Below, one piece after another: positions 57,716 through 64,000 of a stretch of DNA of 64,000 nucleotides (the first letter of the stretch is position 1; every line of letters begins with the position of its first letter). The translations under genes were made by a program, and so were the position numbers. Location: assembly GCF_001194135.2 (NCBI RefSeq), contig NC_068987.1:3287008-3351007 (forward strand), written 5' to 3'. The DNA is from Octopus bimaculoides (lineage: Eukaryota). Below the pieces are notes generated by a model. The model made no database searches and had not been told where the DNA came from. It saw nothing but the letters and a program-made list of their open reading frames with translations.

Positions 57716-60120
57716 AATAGTTTCTGCCTATCTAAATCCCGATCTCTGGCTGTCAGAAAACAAGTTGGATACTTAATGGAATAAAATGCACTAAAGTCAG
57801 TCATGCAAGACTGTAACATATTCAACATGTTAAACTTGTCAGCGCCATTTTATTGTTCAAATGTATCCACAAACAACAACAACAAATAACCTCATAAGCT
57901 GCATCCAGAAAAAGCCACTCGCTCAACCGGTAACATTTGGATAATATCAATGGCTTATTACAGCAGATATTATGACTTGCTGGCTTGTAGACTATGTCTA
58001 AAACAATAGATATAATTCTTGATCTTAATGAACTACACAGATCCGGAACTTCCTTTAACATTAATCACAATTTTTTTCCAATAATTTCATCCTTATATTT
58101 TGGTAAATTACCAACATTGCTTTTGTGGTTTGATCAATAAACGTACTTGGAGTAAACCCTTGGATTAACAGATCCTGATTTAATGGACAGATATTTTTTG
58201 AGAAAGAGAGAAGGGCAGACAGACATGGAAAGGGAGAGAGAGAAGAGGAAAAACTGTTCCATGTGGAAAGGGGGAAGAGAATAAAGCCTAAAATAGATGA
58301 AAAAGGGAAGAGAAATGAAATAGGGAAAATGAGAGACATCACTGAAGTGGTTGGAAAATAGGTTAAAGGATGACTGAGATAAAAGCAAGAAAGGATGAGA
58401 GAGAACGTCTATAAAGGAGGCGGGTTTGGGTGTGGAGAATGGGAAGAAGACAAGAGAAGTCTTGGAGAGTTGTAAATTGAAAGATGGCTATCGTTGCTAA
58501 GGTATCAGTTTCACTTTATCAAACTGTCACTGCTTTCACGGTGGTGACCAACATGTTTCCATCAGAGATGTTGCTGTTGTTGTTGTTGTTACTGTTGGAT
58601 TGGGTTTTTTGTGTTGTTATTGAATTACTTTGTGCATTGGTGTTGTTGTTGTTGTTTTGTTGTGTATGAGAATGTTGAAAAATAAGTTGACAACACTTTT
58701 TGATGGAAAAACTATCCGGTTGCATGAAATATTCTCATGAAACTCTTGGAAATGACATGGGACTCAATGTTCAAGCAAAAGATGAATGGCCGAAGCATTT
58801 TAGAAAAAAAAGGTATGATATTGTAAACAAGAAAACCAGAGGTGAATTTTTAAATGCTAACACTTCACAAGTTCAGCCATTTAGAAAATTTCTAGACTTA
58901 ATAGATGTGAGGGCTTTTGTTTGACCACAGGCTAACACGGTTAATGAAACTGGTTTATTCTATTGTGCTGTTCCTAAAAATACTTTGGCCTACGAACATA
59001 AACCCTTCGCTAGGAGTTAAATGAGGAATAAATTTCTGCCTTCATCATCATCATCATCATTATCATTTAACATCTGTTTTCCATGCTAGCATGGGTTGAA
59101 TGGTCAAATAGGATCCCAGCAAGTCACAAGGCTGCATTGAACTCTTATGTCTGCTGTGGTAAGGTTTCTACAATTGGATGCACTTCCTAAAGCCAAGCAC
59201 AGTTTACAAATTGCACTAGTACTTGGTTCTTTCCGACTGACCCTGGTGAGGTTGCCATGTAAAAGAACAAGAAAAGGGAAGAAACCCTCTTGGCTAAGTG
59301 TGAGGAAGAGGAGAAGGGAGGAGGAGCAGGAGCAGGAGGAGGAGGAGCNNNNNNNNNNNNNNNNNNNNNNNNNNNNNNNNNNNNNNNNNNNNNNNNNNNN
59401 NNNNNNNNNNNNNNNNNNNNNNNNNNNNNNNNNNNNNNNNNNNNNNNNNNNNNNNNNNNNNNNNNNNNNNNNNNNNNNNNNNNNNNNNNNNNNNNNNNNN
59501 NNNNNNNNNNNNNNNNNNNNNNNNNNNNNNNNNNNNNNNNNNNNNNNNNNNNNNNNNNNNNNNNNNNNNNNNNNNNNNNNNNNNNNNNNNNNNNNNNNNN
59601 NNNNNNNNNNNNNNNNNNNNNNNNNNNNNNNNNNNNNNNNNNNNNNNNNNNNNNNNNNNNNNNNNNNNNNNNNNNNNNNNNNNNNNNNNNNNNNNNNNNN
59701 NNNNNNNNNNNNNNNNNNNNNNNNNNNNNNNNNNNNNNNNNNNNNNNNNNNNNNNNNNNNNNNNNNNNNNNNNNNNNNNNNNNNNNNNNNNNNNNNNNNN
59801 NNNNNNNNNNNNNNNNNNNNNNNNNNNNNNNNNNNNNNNNNNNNNNNNNNNNNNNNNNNNNNNNNNNNNNNNNNNNNNNNNNNNNNNNNNNNNNNNNNNN
59901 NNNNNNNNNNNNNNNNNNNNNNNNNNNNNNNNNNNNNNNNNNNNNNNNNNNNNNNNNNNNNNNNNNATAGTCCTGAAAAATAAGACAAATTGATTACCAA
60001 TCGTAATTCTTTAATCATAATCTTCTCAGTCAGAGCTGACATGGCACAACACAATCTTATTGATAATCAATTTAATATTTGAATAGTGTGTCAGCTCTCA
60101 GCTATTTTCCTGATACTTAC

Positions 60121-60152
60121 TTGAAGAACCAGAAAATAATAAAAAAAACCAT
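60121..60152 (-). CDS. Tentative first coding exon of the receptor: MVFFIIFWFF(K), possible signal-peptide start
   Basis: ATG, short hydrophobic run and strong AA|gtaagt donor near a small CpG patch; a competing donor (gtaaga) lies 6 nt upstream of the ATG. Confidence 0.3.
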
Positions 60153-60734
60153 TCTTACTTTCCTGCGACGCTTTTTTTCTTTTCTTTTCTCGTTTTTTTT
60201 TACCTAAGTTAGCTAGAGGAGGAGGAGGAGGAGGAAGAGGGAGGAGGAGGAAGAGGAGGAGGAAGAGGGAGGAGGGGAGAGGGGGTAGGACATGAGGGCA
60301 ATGCCCATGGCATTTTCAGGTTCTCAACAGCTGGGGAGTTTCAACATGCATGGGTCCACTGTCTGCAGGGAAAATGATGTGAATCAGAAATTCAAATTCC
60401 TGTGAACTGGAAACTCCCAGATCCTGCAGGAAATACTGTTTTCGGAACTCCTTCTCGTTATACAACATACTGGAACAGTATTTCTTGCAGGATCTGCAAT
60501 GTAAGGATACAGTGAGGGTGACAGGAAGAGACAAATGAGTAAAAGGAAAGCAGATGCTGCAGCAGAAACAATTGGGGAGACAATGAGAGAAGGTTGTGTC
60601 TATGAATTGGTGCTTGAAACATTATGTTGTGAGTAAATCCTTAGCAATCGGTAGATAATAAGACTTCTTTTGTATATTTGCGTGTAATTGCAGCAGCACT
60701 GTCTTATTTATGTTAAAAAGGAACACTCCATCGG

Positions 60735-61040
60735 TTGCTATGACAACAAGGGTCCCAGCTGATATGATCAACGGAACAGCTCACTTGTGAAATTAACATG
60801 CAAGTGGCTGAGTACTCCACAGACACGTGCACCCTTAACGTAGTTCTCAGGGAGATTCAGCATGACACAGAGTGTGACAAGGCTGGCTTCTTTCAAATAC
60901 AGGTACGACTCAGTTTTGCCAGCAGAGTGGATTGGAGCAATGTCTTGCTCAAGAGAAACAACGCGCTGCCAGGAATTGAACTCATGACCTTACAATCGTG
61001 AGCCAAATGCCCTAACCACTGAGCCATGCACCTTCACTAC
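60735..61040 (-). mobile_element. tRNA-derived SINE, family D
   Basis: tRNA-like head near 61040, core caagtggctgagtactccacagacacg; arrangement mirrors 25795-26140, family strand not firmly established. Confidence 0.6.
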
Positions 61041-63101
61041 TTATGTTAATAACAATCTAATGTATCAATATTTGAGCTACTTAAATTTTCATTAATTGAT
61101 CAGGGCTTAAGTATATTCGGACAGTTATTGTGCTGATGGCTATTGAGACAGAAACACATGTCCATCACTGTCCTCCTATCTCCAGACAATAAGCTGGTCC
61201 TTTCCCTTGATGGCATCTCAACTCTGGAGAATTCTTGATTCTTGAGATGATCACCCCTCCACACCTGCAGCTGATCTTAATTACTATTTGATAATTATAG
61301 CACATTGTCTGGAGGTAGAGATAATTTTAATAAACCAAGAATTAATGTTGTATGGCATTTGACATACCTGTATTTGTTTATGTTGTTCAAACACATACCA
61401 CTGACCACTCTGAGTCATTTGCCTTTACTCATTTCTGTTTAACCCTTTTCTGTTCAGTTTACTTTGTCAAACATAATTCTTATTTATTCACATTGTTTTG
61501 AATTAAGCATGCATTATCCTGTAGCTGACAGTTTAGGGTAGGTGTAAGAGGCAGGACCTGGCTAATTTGAATATAAAGCAGACAGTATATTCTGATCAGA
61601 TATCACCGGTTTAAACTCTAAAGGGTAAAATATATTACTGACCATAAAGAGGGATAGTCTTGGTGTTTGTAAAGTAAGTTTTTGCAATGCTATTTGAGAG
61701 GACACCATGGGAGATCACAGAATGTAAAGTAAAAACAAATGTAGAAGACATTTTTGTATTGTTCATGACCAAAAAGGATGAAATACAAGTCTTTTTGTTT
61801 AATATGTGTAGTGACTGTGTCTCTATGCTACTGAAGGAGAGAGACTCACTTGTCATTCTCCATTGAAAGATGAGCTCATTTATTATTCAAGCAGTGTGTG
61901 GCTATCATGGAGTGATTGAGTTGTATGTGCAAAGTTAAGAAGTGCAGGTTAATATCTTTTCTACTATAGGCACAAGACCTGGATTTTTGTAGGAAGGGGG
62001 ACAATCGATCACATTGACCCCAATGTTTCACTGGTACTTAATTTATCGACCCTGAAAGGATGAAAGGCAAAGTTGACTTCAGTGGAATTTGAGCTCAGAA
62101 CATAGCAGCAGACGAAATACTGCTAAGCATTTTGCTCAGCATGCTAACGATTCTGCCAGCTTGCAGTCTTGGAGTACAGGTTAATATCATCTGCATTGGA
62201 ACGTGCAATTAACTTACAAAGGGAAGAGTGGAGCAGACACTTCTGAACTTTGGAGTATAGCAAAGTCAGAGAAGAGCCTTCAGTACATGTTACAGTGGGT
62301 CAGTTTAGCAGGAAGCTTCTGTTCCAAAAAAATGGAAAACAGACATAAACCATAAATTGCTGTCTTAGCTAGGTCGATCAAGTGAAAACTTTAATGTCAT
62401 CAAGTCCAACAAAAGTGATTTTGCTTCATGTTGCCCTGAACTTGAAATACAGAATAAAATTATTTCAAGTTGATATTTACAAATGAAACAATTCTTTCAC
62501 TGAATTTATGTATTTTTTTTTTTTAAAGTTGAAGGTCTCAGCTAAAGTTTGAAAAGAGGAATAGTTATAATACAAAGCACCAGAAGCAGTACATGTGAGA
62601 TAGTATGTTATGAGTAACATTTTTCCTCAGATAAAACTTATTTACATTCCATAGGAAAGTATCAACTGTTTATGATATCTATGTAAACAAATAACATTAG
62701 AAAGATGGAAATAAGAAATATTTATCACATTTTTTTAAGGACCCTGATTCAAGAAAAATTTATTTTACGGAGACAGATGGTATTTCTCAATATATATGAA
62801 TAATTGTTTATAATATGCGATTAAATGCACACATGCACACTCACAATATCACAAATATTTTCTTTTAATAGCTTCAGTCCCTGGACCGCAGTTACAGTGG
62901 GACACCGCCCACAATGGTGATGGGATGCCATGTTGGTTCTAACAGCTATTTCTGTCCGGTTCATATTTTATCAATTTTATCAATCTTTGTTTATCAAATT
63001 GCTAAGTAAATCATATTACACAATGCCAACATTGACTGACACTGGCAAACATAAATGCATGCATGTGCATACAACATGCACACACACACATATGCATACA
63101 T

Positions 63102-63135
<34 letters not shown>

Positions 63136-63654
63136 GCCCATGGCTTAGTGGTTAGGGTGTTGCATACATGTTCATAAGATTGTGATTTTGATTCCTGGAC
63201 TGAGCACAATGCATTGTGTTCTTGAGCAAAACCTTCATTTCCCGTTACTCCAGTTCACTCAGCTGGAAGGAATGAGTAATCCTGCAATGGACTGGCATCC
63301 TGTCCCAGGCGGAGGTGGGACGGGATGCCAGTCCACAGAAACCAATCCAAGAAACCAGCTCATGAGCCTTGGTTCATGAAGGACCTTTGGATTATCAATC
63401 CAGGCAAGATACTCCATAAGCTCTTTGATGGCACACCAGGTTAACAAACTTTCCAGAAATGGCACTCACACAAGTAGCATTAATTTTATTGGGTCATTCA
63501 ATTTGCCTCAGTTGATCAATAGACCAACTAAGTAAACCTATCAGTAACACACCTATAATGACTACTGGAAACAGCTGTAAGCCACACTTGCTCCAATAAA
63601 GGAAGTATATGGAATGACCATTATTTTTAACTTGTTTCTTTTATATTTATATAT

Positions 63655-64000
63655 ATCATCATCATCATCATCATCGTTTAACGTCCGCTTTCCATGCTAG
63701 CATGGGTTGGACGATTTGACTGAGGACTGGTGAAACCGGATGGCAACACCAGGCTCCAGTCTGATTTGGCAGAGTTTCTACAGCTGGATGCCCTTCCTAA
63801 CGCCAACCACTCAGAGAGTGTAGTGGGTGCTTTTACGTGTCACCCGCACGAAAACGGCCACGCTCGAAATGGTGTCTTTTATGTGCCACCCGCACAAGCC
63901 AGTCCAGGGGCACTGGCAACGATCTCGCTCGAAAATCCTACAGGAGCCAGTCAGGCGGTACTGGCAATGGCCACGCTCAAAATGGTGCATCTCATGTGCC
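63655..64000 (-). mobile_element. Family C retroposon with internal tandem units, running off the window end
   Basis: (CAT)n, tail, then repeated gccacgctcgaaatggtg units. Confidence 0.82.

Noticed and set aside
57889-57996. Minus-strand open segment DIVYKPASHNICCNKPLILSKCYRLSEWLFLDAAYE
   Set aside because: Phase 1-0 does not connect to the EGF exons, donor is weak, and no domain is recognised

Overview
AT-rich, microsatellite- and SINE-dense eukaryotic DNA with eight N gaps. The repeat families look like those of Octopus (coleoid cephalopod); this is from recall, not a search. Main feature: a minus-strand, multi-exon single-pass receptor gene. I read 16 exons in one frame with consistent phases from 53979 down to 28346 (2191 nt, 729 full codons). 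They encode nine phase-1 laminin/MEGF10-type 8-Cys EGF exons, one transmembrane exon and six Tie/RET/FGFR-type tyrosine-kinase exons. The kinase has lost the beta3 Lys (VALL), the catalytic HRD (HGN, resembling JAK JH2) and the DFG Asp (GFG), so it reads as a receptor pseudokinase. The 5' signal-peptide exon(s) are tentative and the last kinase exon was not found. Second layer: several Penelope-type fold-back elements carry minimal type-I hammerhead ribozyme motifs. Two are sense-oriented in introns of the receptor gene, and one family is fused to a tRNA-like SINE head. Also present are R4/Dong-like, RTE, mariner and maT fragments, piggyBac-like MITEs and several minisatellites. No rRNA, true tRNA gene or CRISPR array. 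Almost all ORFs in the supplied track are microsatellite or repeat artefacts.
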